A stretch of 64,000 nt of DNA, from positions 7,564,001 through 7,628,000 of the forward strand of contig JAWMAR010000081.1 of the NCBI GenBank assembly GCA_036785375.1. The letters run 5' to 3'. The position numbers and the translations under genes are program-made. Below, piece by piece: positions 11,277-22,596 of the stretch (its first letter is position 1; the number at the start of each line of letters is the position of its first letter). The notes under the pieces were generated by a model. That model had not been told where the DNA came from, did not search any database, and worked only from the letters and a program-made list of their open reading frames with translations. Origin of the DNA: Leucoraja ocellata. Its lineage: Eukaryota.

Positions 11277-12635
11277 CTAACAGAATTGGGAGAATTCGAT
11301 GTTCATGCCCCGGGGGTGTAGAGTCCCCAAACGGAATATGAGGTGCTGTTCCTCCAGTTTCCGGTGCTGCTTGCTGTGGCCATGGAGGAGACCCAGGACA
11401 GAGAGGTCGGAGGCGGAGTGGGAGGGGGAGTTGAAGTGCTGAGCCACCGGGAGGTCAGCTTGGTTATTGCGGACCGAGCGGAGGTGTTCGGCGAAACGAT
11501 CGCCCAACCTCCGCTTGGTCTCACCGATATAGATCTGCTGGCATCTAGAGCAGCGGACGCAATAGATGAGGTTGGAAGAGATGCAGGTAAACCTCTGTCG
11601 CACCTGGAACGACTGCTTGGGTCCTTGAACGGAGTCGAGGGGGGAGGCAAAGGGACAAGTGTTGCATCTCCTGCGGCCGCAAGGGAAAGTGCCCGGGGAG
11701 GGGGTGGACCGAGAGGGAAGGGAAGAATTGACAAGGGAGTTATGGAGGGAGCGGTCTTTGCGGAAGGCAGATATGGGGGGAGATGGGAAGATGTGGCGAG
11801 TAGTGGGGTCACGTTGGAGGTGGCGAAACTGACGGAGGATTATTTTTTGTATGTGACGGCTGGTGGGGTGAAAGGTGAGGACTAGGGGGACTCGGCCCTT
11901 GTTGCGAGTGCGGGGATGGGGAGAGAGAGCAGTGTTGCGGGGTATGGAAGAGACCCTGGTGCGAGCCTCATTTATGGTGGAGGAGGGGAACCCCCGTTCC
12001 CTGAATAGTGAGGACATTTCAGATGTCCTGGTGTGGAACGCCTCATCCGTGGAGCAGATGCGGCGTAGACGGAGGAATTGGGAGTAGGGGATGGAGTCCT
12101 TACAGGAAGCAGGGTGGGAAGAAGTGTAGTCCAGATAGCCATGGGAGTCAGTGGGTTTATAGTGTATGTCGGTTAGAAGTCTATCACCTGCAATGGAGAT
12201 AGTGAGGTCAAGGAATGGTAGGGAAGTGTCGGAAATGGTCCAGGTGTATTTCAGTGCCGGATGGAAATTAGTGGTGAAGTGGATGAAGTCAGTCAGTTGT
12301 GTGCGGGTGCAGGAGGTGGCACCAAAGCAGTCGTCGATGTAGCGGAGGTAGAGGTTGGGGATGGGGCCCTGGTATGTATTGAACAAGGATTGCTCGACGT
12401 AACCTACAAATAGGCAGGCATAGCTGGGGCCCATGCGTGTGCCCATAGCTACGCCTTGTATTTGAAGGAAGTGGGAGGAGTCGAACGCGAAGTTATTGAG
12501 GGTAAGGACCAGCTCCGCTAGGCGGAGGAGAGTGTCAGTGGCTGGGTATGGGTTGCTTCTCTGGTCGAGGAAGAACCGGAGGGCTGTGAGACCATTGTGG
12601 TGGGGGATGGAGGTGTATAGTGATTGGACGTCCAT
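11277..12635 (-). CDS. Penelope-like reverse transcriptase + GIY-YIG endonuclease (N-terminally truncated, 452 aa open)
   Basis: RT motifs MDVQSLYTSIPH, QIQGVAMGTRMGPSYA and YLRYIDDCF; Cys linker CGRRRCNTC; NLIYCVRCSRC...YIGETKRRL...H...H...EEQHLIFRLGTLHPRGMN. Confidence 0.95.
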   Translation of the reverse strand: MDVQSLYTSIPHHNGLTALRFFLDQRSNPYPATDTLLRLAELVLTLNNFAFDSSHFLQIQGVAMGTRMGPSYACLFVGYVEQSLFNTYQGPIPNLYLRYIDDCFGATSCTRTQLTDFIHFTTNFHPALKYTWTISDTSLPFLDLTISIAGDRLLTDIHYKPTDSHGYLDYTSSHPASCKDSIPYSQFLRLRRICSTDEAFHTRTSEMSSLFRERGFPSSTINEARTRVSSIPRNTALSPHPRTRNKGRVPLVLTFHPTSRHIQKIILRQFRHLQRDPTTRHIFPSPPISAFRKDRSLHNSLVNSSLPSRSTPSPGTFPCGRRRCNTCPFASPLDSVQGPKQSFQVRQRFTCISSNLIYCVRCSRCQQIYIGETKRRLGDRFAEHLRSVRNNQADLPVAQHFNSPSHSASDLSVLGLLHGHSKQHRKLEEQHLIFRLGTLHPRGMNIEFSQFC

Positions 12636-12640
12636 GGTGA

Positions 12641-12839
12641 TTTTAAGCGGTGGATCTTCCGGCGGATAAAATATAATTGGGGTCCGTTGCAGGTCTGGGT
12701 AAGTGAGGCCTGAAGTTCAGGGATTTTAAGCAGTGGATCTTCCGGTGGATAATTTTAAGCGGTGGATCTTCCGGTGGATAATTTTAAGCGGTGGATCTTC
12801 CGGCGGATAATTTTAAGCGGTGGATCTTCCGGCGGATAA
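12641..12839. repeat. 29-bp repeat: one solo copy (12641-12669) plus four tandem copies (12724-12839)
   Basis: Unit ttttaagcggtggatcttccggcggataa with 0-2 substitutions. Confidence 0.95.
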
Positions 12840-13370
12840 TTTTTTTTCGGCGGATAAAGGTTTTGATTCCTTCTTGTAACTGCTGTTAGAAGATATCTAG
12901 TTGTGACATTGGGATATTGGAAGTTAAACAACCCTGTGTTGGTTAAGAACATAGTAGTAGCAGGAGTACAGTAATCCAGCCCTTGAAGCATCCTGTACCA
13001 ATAATCAAGATGCTGAACTTTTACCTCCAGTGCCTTTTTCCAGCACTCTTTCCATATTCCTCTATTCTCTGTAAAGCCCGGAAATTAAGTTCAGTGCTAC
13101 TTACCAGCACTCCCCTCCATACCCCCGTATCTCCTCACTACCCCCCCCCCCCCCCCCCCCCCTCCCCCTCCTCCGCCGATGCCCTGCAGCTGTCACAGGC
13201 CTCAAGCATCAGATTGCAGCAACCAGTGCACAGATCGGTGTTGGTGGACAGTGCTGCAGCACAAGCGAATCAGTGAGGAAATAGTAAAGATAAAACGTTG
13301 CCTTGGTTGAGATTCTTTAATTCGAGTATGATTCCTGAACTTTCAGCATGATGTACTTGTTTTGCATCAG

Positions 13371-13653
13371 GTCAGGCCGGGGGGAGGTCCCACCGCCACG
13401 GGTACCATGTAATCCCGGGCTACCTGCTCCATGGTTGGATGGTCGGCGACTAAACCATCTCCCCCACCTGGTTTGCCAGGTGAGGAAGGAACTGTGGACC
13501 CCCAGCAGGACCAAAAACAAAACCTGTCAAAGGGCGGATGATCTCCTAGCGAGCCAATGGCCATCCACACTTCAGTAGAAGTTGCGATCACTGTTGTACA
13601 TGGCATTGGAAGTCACGGTGCCCGTTGATGTTGTCAACAATGACGATGATGAT
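13371..13653 (+). mobile_element. Unclassified SINE-like element with (GAT)n tail, possibly RTE-associated
   Basis: GC-rich island ending tgacgatgatgat; tttgca lies near both flanks. Confidence 0.4.
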
Positions 13654-13704
13654 TTGCAGGAGAGATGACAAACGGTTAATGTAAAGGACAACCTATATTT
13701 ACTT

Positions 13705-13840
13705 TGAGACACGAAGCTGGAGTAACTGAGCGAGACAGGTAGCATCTCTGGAGATGGAATGGGTGACGTTTTGGGTCGAGATCCTTCTCTTTTTGTGTAT
13801 ATCTTTGGTTTAAACCAGCATCTGCAGTTCCTTCCTACTA
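13705..13840. mobile_element. Internally deleted Penelope pLTR micro-element
   Basis: Left arm gctggagtaactgagcgagacagg...gacgttttgggtcgag fused to the ...aaaccagcatctgcagttcc tail. Confidence 0.75.
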
Positions 13841-14129
13841 CATTCACTTTATTTGTAGTGTTTTGCCCTTTTCACTATGGAGTTTGCTGTTTAAAATCTG
13901 TTGAGGAAGAGAATATTGAGGCAGTGCTCCCTGTACCTGTGCCATTCTTATGGAAATGTTCAAATTATTTTTCCCTTTTGTATGAAAAGCAGCCAATTGT
14001 AACCTTTCATTAAAATGTGAAGTGTAGTGGAAAATATTATCAGTCGATGCCTGTTTGTTTAATATCCAATTTTTTGGGAACATTTTCTTAAAGAGGTTTT
14101 TAAAAATTACTTCATTCTCCTTTCAATAG

Positions 14130-14273
14130 GCTGTGAAAGGGTAGCTATTAAAAATCTCATGAAGACACTTCATCTAAGCCAACCGGTGGATGAAAGTACT
14201 GGAGGTGGTGACGTATCACAATGTCAAGGGCAGACTCGGAAAATGAGATTGGGTGTTCTTATCTCTGGAACAG
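14130..14273 (+). CDS. GART: GART exon (18), AIRS-GART linker and start of transformylase domain
   Basis: aatag|GC...G|gtgag; ends KMRLGVLISGT (PurN VLISG motif); 144 bp. Confidence 0.93.
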
Positions 14274-14419
14274 GTGAGTTGTTCCAATGTCAAATAAAAA
14301 TACATACAGAAAAGAGAACACACTATTCACTTACACCCTGAATAAAATTAAAGTGATTGTTTGACACTTTCTTCATTCCTGAACCTTGCTCAGGTTGATG
14401 TACACCATGGCTGCTTGTT

Positions 14420-15100
14420 GAGTCATAGAGTGATGTAGTGTGGAAATCGGCCCTTCGGCCCAACCCAAATCTTGCTGTACCAATTGGTACAGTGGCAATA
14501 AATGCAAACTTGAACTTGTGCCCACTGGTCAACATGTCCCAGCTACATTAGTCCCATCTGCCTGCATTTAATCTATTACCTCCAAACCTGTCCTATCCAT
14601 GTACCTGTCTGTTTCTTAAATGTTGGGATAGTCCCTGCCTCAACTACCTCCTCTGACAGCTTGTTGCATACGTCCACCATTCTTTATGTGAAAAAGTTAC
14701 CCCTCAGATTCCTGTTAAATCGTTTCCCCTTCAACCTAAACCTATGTCCTCTGGTCCTCGATTCACCTACTCTGGGCAAGAGACTGTGTACCTATCCCTC
14801 TTGTGATCTTATACATCTCACGGGAGGTGGGATGAAATAGTTGTTCTATAACAGATGACTAAAAAAGTTAGTTCTGTGGAGTTTGGAAGAATGAGGGGTA
14901 TTGTTGAATAGTTGAAAGATAAGAGTTGTTATTTGAAATAAGAGGTGCATAGAATATTTAATGATTGAGTAGATACATTTTTGAAGGACTTGGGAATAGA
15001 GAGCTCTGTGGAACTGGCATAGAAAAGTTGAGACCTGGGGCAGAGCAGCGATGATCGTATTGAATGGTGAGCCAGGTGGTCTACTCCTGCACTTTTCATG
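14420..15100. mobile_element. Two CR1 3' fragments (minus 14420-14820, plus 14870-15100)
   Basis: catagagtgat...cccttcggcc...aagttacccctcagattcct on minus; degraded plus copy ending ctactcctgcac. Confidence 0.7.
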
Positions 15101-15692
15101 ATTTCTTATATCCTGGCGAAAAGAAAAAAGGCAGTTGTCTTGATTTGCATATCAACAATATGAGTGAGTGGTGGACTCCAGAATAAAACCACGTAGGTCT
15201 TTGTGTGATCTTAAACCTGTTCATTATTTGCTGCCAGGTGATGGTCTTCAGCAAAAATTGCTGGAGTACAATCAGTAACTGACTGGTTCCACCAAGATGC
15301 GGGACAGAATGCCACAGATCCTTCTTCAAACTTTACAACTCCTCCCCCTTCTGTCATGGGGTAGACTGAGACTGAGACTGACTGCCTCCCCCCAATATTT
15401 GCACATCTCCCAAGCCTTTCCACTTGTCACTTTAATTTTGTGTTTCATGTATTTTGTTTTTTTATGACTGTTGGCAGATCAATTTCCCTCCGTGGATAAA
15501 TAAAGTTCTATCATATCGTATCGTCTTGCGTTTGAATATCCACTGTTCTGCCACATTTGCGACTCTTATTCCAGCATTAGGTGGGTGCTGTAGTGCTGGG
15601 AGTTGACAGCTATGTGTAACTGGGGAAAAGTACTGATTTCTTTTAATTTGGAATTGTGTAAGTTTTTTTTTTGACAGTCTTTGCCTTTTAAG

Positions 15693-15823
15693 GAACAAAC
15701 CTTCAGGCCATCATAGAACACACAAAGGATCCTGCCAGTCTTGCAGAAATAGTCATTGTTATTTCCAACAAAACTGGTGTAGAGGGACTGAAGAAATCAA
15801 CCCGAGCTGGCATTCCTACAAGG
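15693..15823 (+). CDS. GART: GART exon (19), GAR transformylase N-terminal part
   Basis: ttaag|GA...AGG|gtgag; GTNLQAIIEHTKDPASLAEIVIVISNKTGVEGLKKSTRAGIPTR; 131 bp. Confidence 0.96.
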
Positions 15824-15933
15824 GTGAGAACACTTCCGCATTTTGGTAGTATGGGCTTGTGCAATAGATGTAGTCAGTAGTTGTTGCATGTTAGGGCAAA
15901 AGTAAATGACCAGACTTGTAATGTTAAAATGGT

Positions 15934-16133
15934 NNNNNNNNNNNNNNNNNNNNNNNNNNNNNNNNNNNNNNNNNNNNNNNNNNNNNNNNNNNNNNNNNNN
16001 NNNNNNNNNNNNNNNNNNNNNNNNNNNNNNNNNNNNNNNNNNNNNNNNNNNNNNNNNNNNNNNNNNNNNNNNNNNNNNNNNNNNNNNNNNNNNNNNNNNN
16101 NNNNNNNNNNNNNNNNNNNNNNNNNNNNNNNNN
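15934..16133. other. Assembly gap (200 N)
   Basis: Run of N of round length, typical of a scaffold join. Confidence 0.99.
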
Positions 16134-16360
16134 GGAGAGGAGTAGGGGGGAGGGGAGAGGAGGAGGGGGGGGAGAGGGGGGAGGGGAGAGGAGGAGGGGG
16201 GGAGGGAGAGGAGGAGGGGGAGTGGAGGAGGGGGGAGAGGAGGAGGGGGGAGTGGAGGAGGGGGGGGAGAGGAGGAGGGGGGAGAGGAGGAGTGGGGGGG
16301 GGGAGGGGGGGGAGAGGAGGGGGGGGGGGGGGGAAAGAGGAGAGGATGGGGGGGGCGGGA
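16134..16360. repeat. G/A-rich low-complexity tract (G-quadruplex/triplex prone)
   Basis: (GGAGGAGGGGG)-type repeats abutting the gap. Confidence 0.9.
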
Positions 16361-16804
16361 TTAAAATGCCGTTTTCTCCTGCCTGTCCGAGATATATTTT
16401 CTCGGCCTGCCAGCTGATGCTGAAAAATCATTCCGACTTGCGTTCTCGGAAGTTTAAAAAAAAAATCGCGGGACAATTTAATTGCTGGAGTAAAATAAAA
16501 AAGCTACTTCTAATGCCGTCAACGGGACGGATCTCAAGTAGGGGACAAACATTTATTAATTAGGTAAAATCAGGTTATTTGGTGATTAACACATTTCTGT
16601 ATGTGGGAGCTGCAGTGTGCAAGCTGACTGTTTGAAAAAGTTTGTTGTCAATTGTGAAGCATTTCATAATTTCTTGAAAAACGCTTACTTACTACAAATC
16701 TTTTCCTCTTTACAATCAAGTAATTCTGCACATTAATGGTGCTTCCCTTACATGCTAAGATATTGACAAGTTCTCCCAATCCAGCCAGGAACTAGTCTAA
16801 GTTA

Positions 16805-17245
16805 TCCTTGTATAGGTTGATTTACAGGAGTTGCTGCTTCAAAAAGTCAGCCAGCATCATCAGAGACTCACACCATCCTGGCCACACTCTCATTTCACTC
16901 CTGCCATCGGAAAGAAGATACAGGAGCCTGAAAACTGTAAGGTGCATGTTCAGGGACAGCTTCTTCCCATCAGCCATCAGGCAATTAAACATTACAACAT
17001 CCAAATAAACTCAGAACTACATAGGCTTGGGGGCAATGATTTTGTCTTTTTGCACTATTATTGATTGTTTGTTGTATGTATGTGTGTATGTATGTAGGTA
17101 TGTATACATTCATATATACATACACACCTTTCATTCCCTATACAGTGTGCTATGCTTACATATTCTGTTGTGCGACTACAAGTAAGAATTTCATTGTACT
17201 TATTGGGACACATGACAATAAAATACTCTCGACTTGACTTGACTT
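16805..17245 (+). mobile_element. Rex1/Babar-type LINE 3' end
   Basis: IYRSCCFKKSASIIRDSHHPGHTLISLLPSERRYRSLKT...DSFFPSAIRQLN; tail gaatttcattgt...catgacaataaa plus (gactt)n. Confidence 0.8.
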
Positions 17246-18479
17246 TTGATTCAATTTTGGTCATAAACTGACACATTGGCATTGGAGCCATAAGCCACCT
17301 GCTGCACGCTTTTAAGTCTTCAAAAGCCGTGAATGGTTAACATTAAGCTATAAATATGTTCTTAAACTAGAAAGCAATAACCTTGTAATATTGTCACTCT
17401 CAGAAAATCCAACAAACGATGGCTGGCATTATTCTATGTTGGCAATTCCAAATTATAATTCAGACAATAGTAAACTGAACCACTCAATTGTCATTTCCCA
17501 TAAATAAGGAAACCACAATCCTTAATTCCTCAAAATGAGTATATTCAACTGCCTTTAAATACAGTATGCATTTCTCCTTGAGATGCAATTACAGTTTACC
17601 TAGACATATTAAAAAACTAGCTTCAGGTCCATTTCTTCCCATGAGTGTTGTGGTCTTCGTGGGTTATATAAATTCTTCCTGCAGCATTAAAATGATATTC
17701 AGACAAGCATCCGTTCCATCTTTTGCCAAAAAGGAAAGGAAAAGATCAAATATAATTATTTCATAGTGCAACAGCCTAGGCAACTGTCAAGAGATTTTTT
17801 CTTTCATTCTGTTGGCCTTGAATACTGCCTCCGGCATTAACTAGTTACAAATGACAACTACCATTTGGCTTTGAATGACATTCAGATTGAAACGAAACAG
17901 ACTTTAGAAAAGAGAGGGTGACAGAAGAAGTGCTTAGTCTGAAGGAAGCTGTCGTACACTCCGAGATGGCAAGGTTTTGTGATTTTTGTGAGTAACATAA
18001 AGCATACGAGATGTTAAATGCTAAGTTTCTGGAGTCAAAGACAATGGTGTTTCAAAATTGTTATGACTTTCTCCTTTGTGTTTTTGCCACGGCGGGGAAA
18101 TGTGAGCTGTATTTCATTACAGGGATAAGGCCTGGTCAGGGCAAAGCAAAGGAAAGTTCATAACTTAGTTCTTGTAACTTACAGATGGCAAGGATCTCCA
18201 GCACTCGCTTTTGACAATGAAGATAAAAATTGACAGATATCAGGAAACCACTTCATAAATGTATCCCACAGTACAGCAAATCCGAAGAGAATAAAATGTA
18301 ATAACAAAGCAATTTGGTACAATACATAAAATATTTATTTTTTACTTGTTTGTCTTCTTTATTTAGTTTAGAGGTACAGGATGGAAACAGGCCCTTTGGC
18401 CCACCGAGTCCACAACGACCATTGATTACACATTCATACACAGAAACCCGAAGTAATTCAGCGGACAGGCAGCATCTAT

Positions 18480-19185
18480 GGGTAGCAATGTTACAAAATT
18501 TTGAGATTTAAAAAATCGTTTGCAATTTATTCCATCAGATAAAGCATAAAAATAAGTTTAATTTGACACCTAATTCACTTTCATATCTTCAGTATTAAAA
18601 AGGTTATGGCCATTTTCATACTGAAATTAGCATCTTGTTCCCTATTGCTTTTCCATTGACTTAACACAAAAGCAGTGATCGAGGACAGTCAAAAGCCCAT
18701 AACTTTCTTAAAAATTAAGAGAACTGAAATAAATTTTCAATTATAGATTGAAGCATTCTGAAACAAATATGAAACAATCTTACTTGGATGACCTAAAATT
18801 AAAGCATATAATTAGTTAGTTACCTAATTGTAGCTAATTACAGAATTCAATTGCTAGATCTAAACATCTATCCATTTCTTAAGACAAGATTAACATTTTA
18901 AAATAGTCTAAGTGTCCAAATAACATTCACACAAGAATTCACAATATAACATGATTTTTAAAACTCATTATCATGAATTTATAGGCCAAGGAAGGAATTT
19001 AATGTTTAATTCCTGTAAAATAATGGCCATTTAAATCATCTTGCGATTGAGTTTTTGTGGAACGCGATCAATTGGAACCTTGCGGTTGCAGTGAATTTGA
19101 ACTCCATATCGGCAGGAAAAACACTGCTGGTTCGTATGGGGCCATAATCACATTTTCGCCAAGGAAATTTTGATTAAAGCCATCC
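18480..19185. mobile_element. AT-rich insertion with imperfect terminal inverted repeats (putative non-autonomous DNA transposon)
   Basis: Interrupts a pLTR arm (ggcagcatctatg|...|atgggag); ends gggtagc...caaaattt versus aaattttg...gccatcc. Confidence 0.4.
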
Positions 19186-19231
19186 ATGGGAGATCAGAGC
19201 CACTCTCTAGCTAGTGAAAGTACAGTTCAGT

Positions 19232-19978
19232 TGCCCGATAGGGCATTGAAGAATGCAGGTGAACAGAGGGATCTGGGAATAACTGTGCACAGTTCCCTGA
19301 AAGTGGAATCTCATGTAGATAGGGTGGTAAATAAAGCTTTTGGTGTGCTGGCCTTTATAAATCAGAGCATTGAGTATAGAAGTTGGGATGTAATGTTAAA
19401 ATTATACAAGGCATTGGTGAGGCCAATTTTGGAGTATGGTGTACAATTTTGGTCGCCTAATTATAGGAAGGATGTCAACAAAATAGAGAGAGTACAGAGG
19501 AGATTTACTAGAATGTTGCCTGGGTTTCAGCAACTAAGTTACAGAGAAAGATTGTGCAAGTTAGGGCTTTATTCTTTGGAGCGCAGAAGGTTAAGGGGGG
19601 ACTTGATAGAGGTCTTTAAAATGATGAGAGGGATAGACAGAGTTGACGTGGTTAAGCTTTTCCCACTGAGAGTAGGGAAGATTCAAACAAGGGGACATGA
19701 CTTGAGAATTAAGGGACAGAAGTTTAGGGGTAACATGAGGGGGAATTTCTTTACTCAGAGAGTGGTAGCGGTGTGGAATGAGCTTCCAGTGAAGGTGGTG
19801 GAGGCAGGTTTGTTTTTATCATTTAAAAATAAATTGGATACTTATATGGGCGGGAAAGGAATGGAGGGTTATGGTCTGAACGCAGGTGTATGGGACTAGG
19901 GGAGAATACGTGTTCGGCACGGACTAGAAGGGTCGAGATGGCCTGTTTCCGTGCTGTAATTGTTATATGGTTATATGA
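19232..19978 (+). mobile_element. CR1 LINE 3' portion (second subfamily)
   Basis: Open frame QRDLGITVHSSLK...LYKALVRPILEYGVQFWSP...RRRLRGDLIEVFK...WNELP; tail (gttatatg)n. Confidence 0.93.
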
Positions 19979-20539
19979 TAACAGCTGGGAAGACTTAACT
20001 CTCCCTGAATCTGGAGGTATTCTGTACTTCTTGCCTGTTGGAGCGGGGAAAAGTGGGAGTAACCAGGGTGAGACTGGTCCTTGATTATGCTGGTGGCTTA
20101 CCCTAATCTAAGGGAAGGACTGAAACTGGGTAATAGATAGTGACTAATGCTTTTCCATTGGATAAATCAGCCAATAACACATTTTACATATATATCACCT
20201 TGTATTCTAGCAATTGTTAACAAGGTGCTTCGGAGCAGGCCGTTTACCTGTTCATTTGACCAAGGTCTCCATATTATAATATGGTGACTACAACTGTATA
20301 CAATATTCCATATGTAGCCTAATTAAAGTTTTATACAGCTGCAACATGACTTGTCACCTTTTGCACTGAATGCTCCCAGAGATAAATACAGGTGTGCTCT
20401 ACGCCTTCTTCATCACCCTACACTCATGTTGCCAATTTCAGGGAGCTATGGCGTTGAACCTCAAATTTTGCCCTGCAGGGAATAGTTTTCTTTTACATTT
20501 AACCTCTGACACTTGTCTAGATTAAATGTTATCTGCCAA

Positions 20540-21910
20540 TTTGTTGCCCATATTTTCAACTGATCTCTATCCTGCTGTATCCTTGAATTTTGATCTATGC
20601 CCGTTACATCCAGGTGATACTGAAAGGTTCTGGGTAACTCAACGGGTCAGGCAGCATCTCTGGTGAAAAAGGATGGGTGATGTTTTGGGTCGGGACCATT
20701 CAGGTAAATCCCATACTCTGGGTAAGAGATTGTGCATTTACTCAATCTATGCTTCTCACGATTTTGTACACCTCTATAAGTTCATCCCTCATCTTCCTGC
20801 GCTCCAAGGGATAAAGTCATAGCCTGCTGAACCTCTCCCTACAGATCAGGCCCTTGAGTCCTGGTAACATCCTCATAAATCTTCTCCGCACCCTTTCCAG
20901 CGTTAACAGCATCTTTCCTATAACATGGTGAACAGAACTTAACACAATACTCTAAATGTGGCCTCACCAATGTCTTAAATAACTGTAACATGATCTCCCA
21001 ACTTCTATACGCAATACTCCGAGTTGGGTTCAGTTTATTGTCACGTGTACCGAGGTACATGGGCGTAAATCGTGGGGGGGATCCCGGCTCGCTTGCCCCA
21101 GGTCTGGTTGTAGGGCCCAGTTCGCCTGCGTGCCCCGGGACTGGCTGTAGCGCTGTAAGTCGGCTCGCAAGGCCCACACTCTAAAGACGTGTAGGTTTGT
21201 AGGTTAAGTGCTTCGGTAAATTGTAAATTGCCCCTAGTGTGTTGGATGGTGCTAGATTGTCGGTGAGCATGGACACGGTGGGCCAAAGGACTTGCAGTTC
21301 CCAGGTCGCCTGTATGCCCCGGGACTGGCTGCAGTTCCCAGTTCGCAAAAACTAATTGAAAACAAGTACGCCTGCTGGCCAGATGATTTTGGGTTACGGG
21401 CCGGGTTCGGCATGTGGGCCGTAGGTTGCCGACCCCTGTCCTAGATGTTAGGCCTCATTATATCCCCCTACGTTTTAAAAGCAATTTCTGCCCTTGGGAA
21501 AGGTTTTGTTGCATGCTAACCCGTCATGATTACAATCAAGCCATTTACAGTGTATAGACCCATGATAAGGGAATAACGTTTAGTGCAAGGTAATGCCAGG
21601 AAATTCTGATCAAAGATAGTCCGAGGGTCACCAGTGAGACAGATATGTAGTAGTTCAGGACTACTGATGAAGGTCAATGTGCCAAAAGCCTTTTTGACAA
21701 CCCAGTGACTCCACTTTCCAGGAACTATGTACTTGCACTCCCTTTGCCCTACAACACCCCCCATAGCCCCTCCATTCACTGTGTCATGTACATCCTGTCT
21801 ATGTTAGTCTCCCAAAACGCAATTCTCACAGTTCTCTGTATTTAATTCCATTAACCATTCCTCAGCCCACCTGCCCGAGAGATCAAGATCCTGCTGCATT
21901 TTATCTTTGC
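20540..21910 (-). mobile_element. Nested cluster: CR1 fragments with inserted pLTR arm, hAT-like MITE (about 21058-21438) and Rex1 tail
   Basis: LFKTLVRPHLEYCVKF frame; hAT-type end gggccgtaggttgccgacccctg; internal repeat cccag.tcgcctg..tgccccgggactggctg. Confidence 0.65.
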
Positions 21911-22596
21911 AAATGTCTTCTACAATAAACAGAAGAGATCCCAAAGAGAGCAGAGGCAAGTGAAGCTTAATTTTCATAAAATACATTAGGTTATTAGTTT
22001 CAAATCATCCATTGATGATCAGCACTAATTAGATTTTGTTCATGAAAAATAATTTTGTTCAGACTCATGAAAATTGACAGAGTCATCTTGCATTTTGTCA
22101 TATTATGTAAATAACATATTCAAAATGAATCCTCAGAAATCTTAACATCAGCTCTATAACACAGGCTTGCAAAAAAGACAGGTTCAACTAGTCCAGGAAT
22201 TGAGATGATATGCGTTATCAAGAGATGATGACAACTCCTCTTCTAAGATTAATTGACAAGGGTACAGGCCTTCCTGTGGCTTTGATTGATGAAACCTGGA
22301 TATAGGCTGTAAAGATCTTCCACTGCTGCCTCTCTTAGTAAAATGACTCTGGCCGCTATTCTAATGAATTAGCTAGTATGTTTGAATGAGGTTTTCTACT
22401 TTAATTACCGGTAAATAAATAACCTCGTTACAATAAATGGATACCCAGATTGTAATGGCATGAATTTCCATCAAACATATTAGCCCAATTCCTGGAAAAT
22501 AATACAACAATAATACTCCCAAAGCCTCAGTTAGCCAGCAAAACCCCGCTCCTACTTTTGGAAACTCTAAAAGACTTGAGGATATAGTTTCTAAAT

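Larger units (their letters stand above)
11066..12855 (-). mobile_element. Penelope-like retroelement insertion (5'-rearranged)
   Basis: RT + GIY-YIG ORF; 3' pLTR with hammerhead core; 11-bp TSD aaaggttttga at 11055-11065 and 12856-12866. Confidence 0.93.
10983..12987. repeat. Perfect 49-bp inverted repeat pair (10983-11031 and 12939-12987) bracketing the Penelope insertion
   Basis: ttcaagggctggattactgtactcctgctactactatgttcttaaccaa and its exact reverse complement. Confidence 0.92.

Noticed and set aside
11303-12202. ORFs overlapping the Penelope ORF in other frames or strand
   Set aside because: Shadow ORFs of a GC-rich coding sequence
12641-12839. CRISPR-like appearance of 29-bp repeats with one 54-bp spacer
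   Set aside because: Eukaryotic context, repeats mostly head-to-tail without spacers, no cas genes; better explained as a retroelement junction product
15874-16563. Long Pro/Gly-rich ORFs
   Set aside because: Artefacts of the N gap and the G/A low-complexity tract
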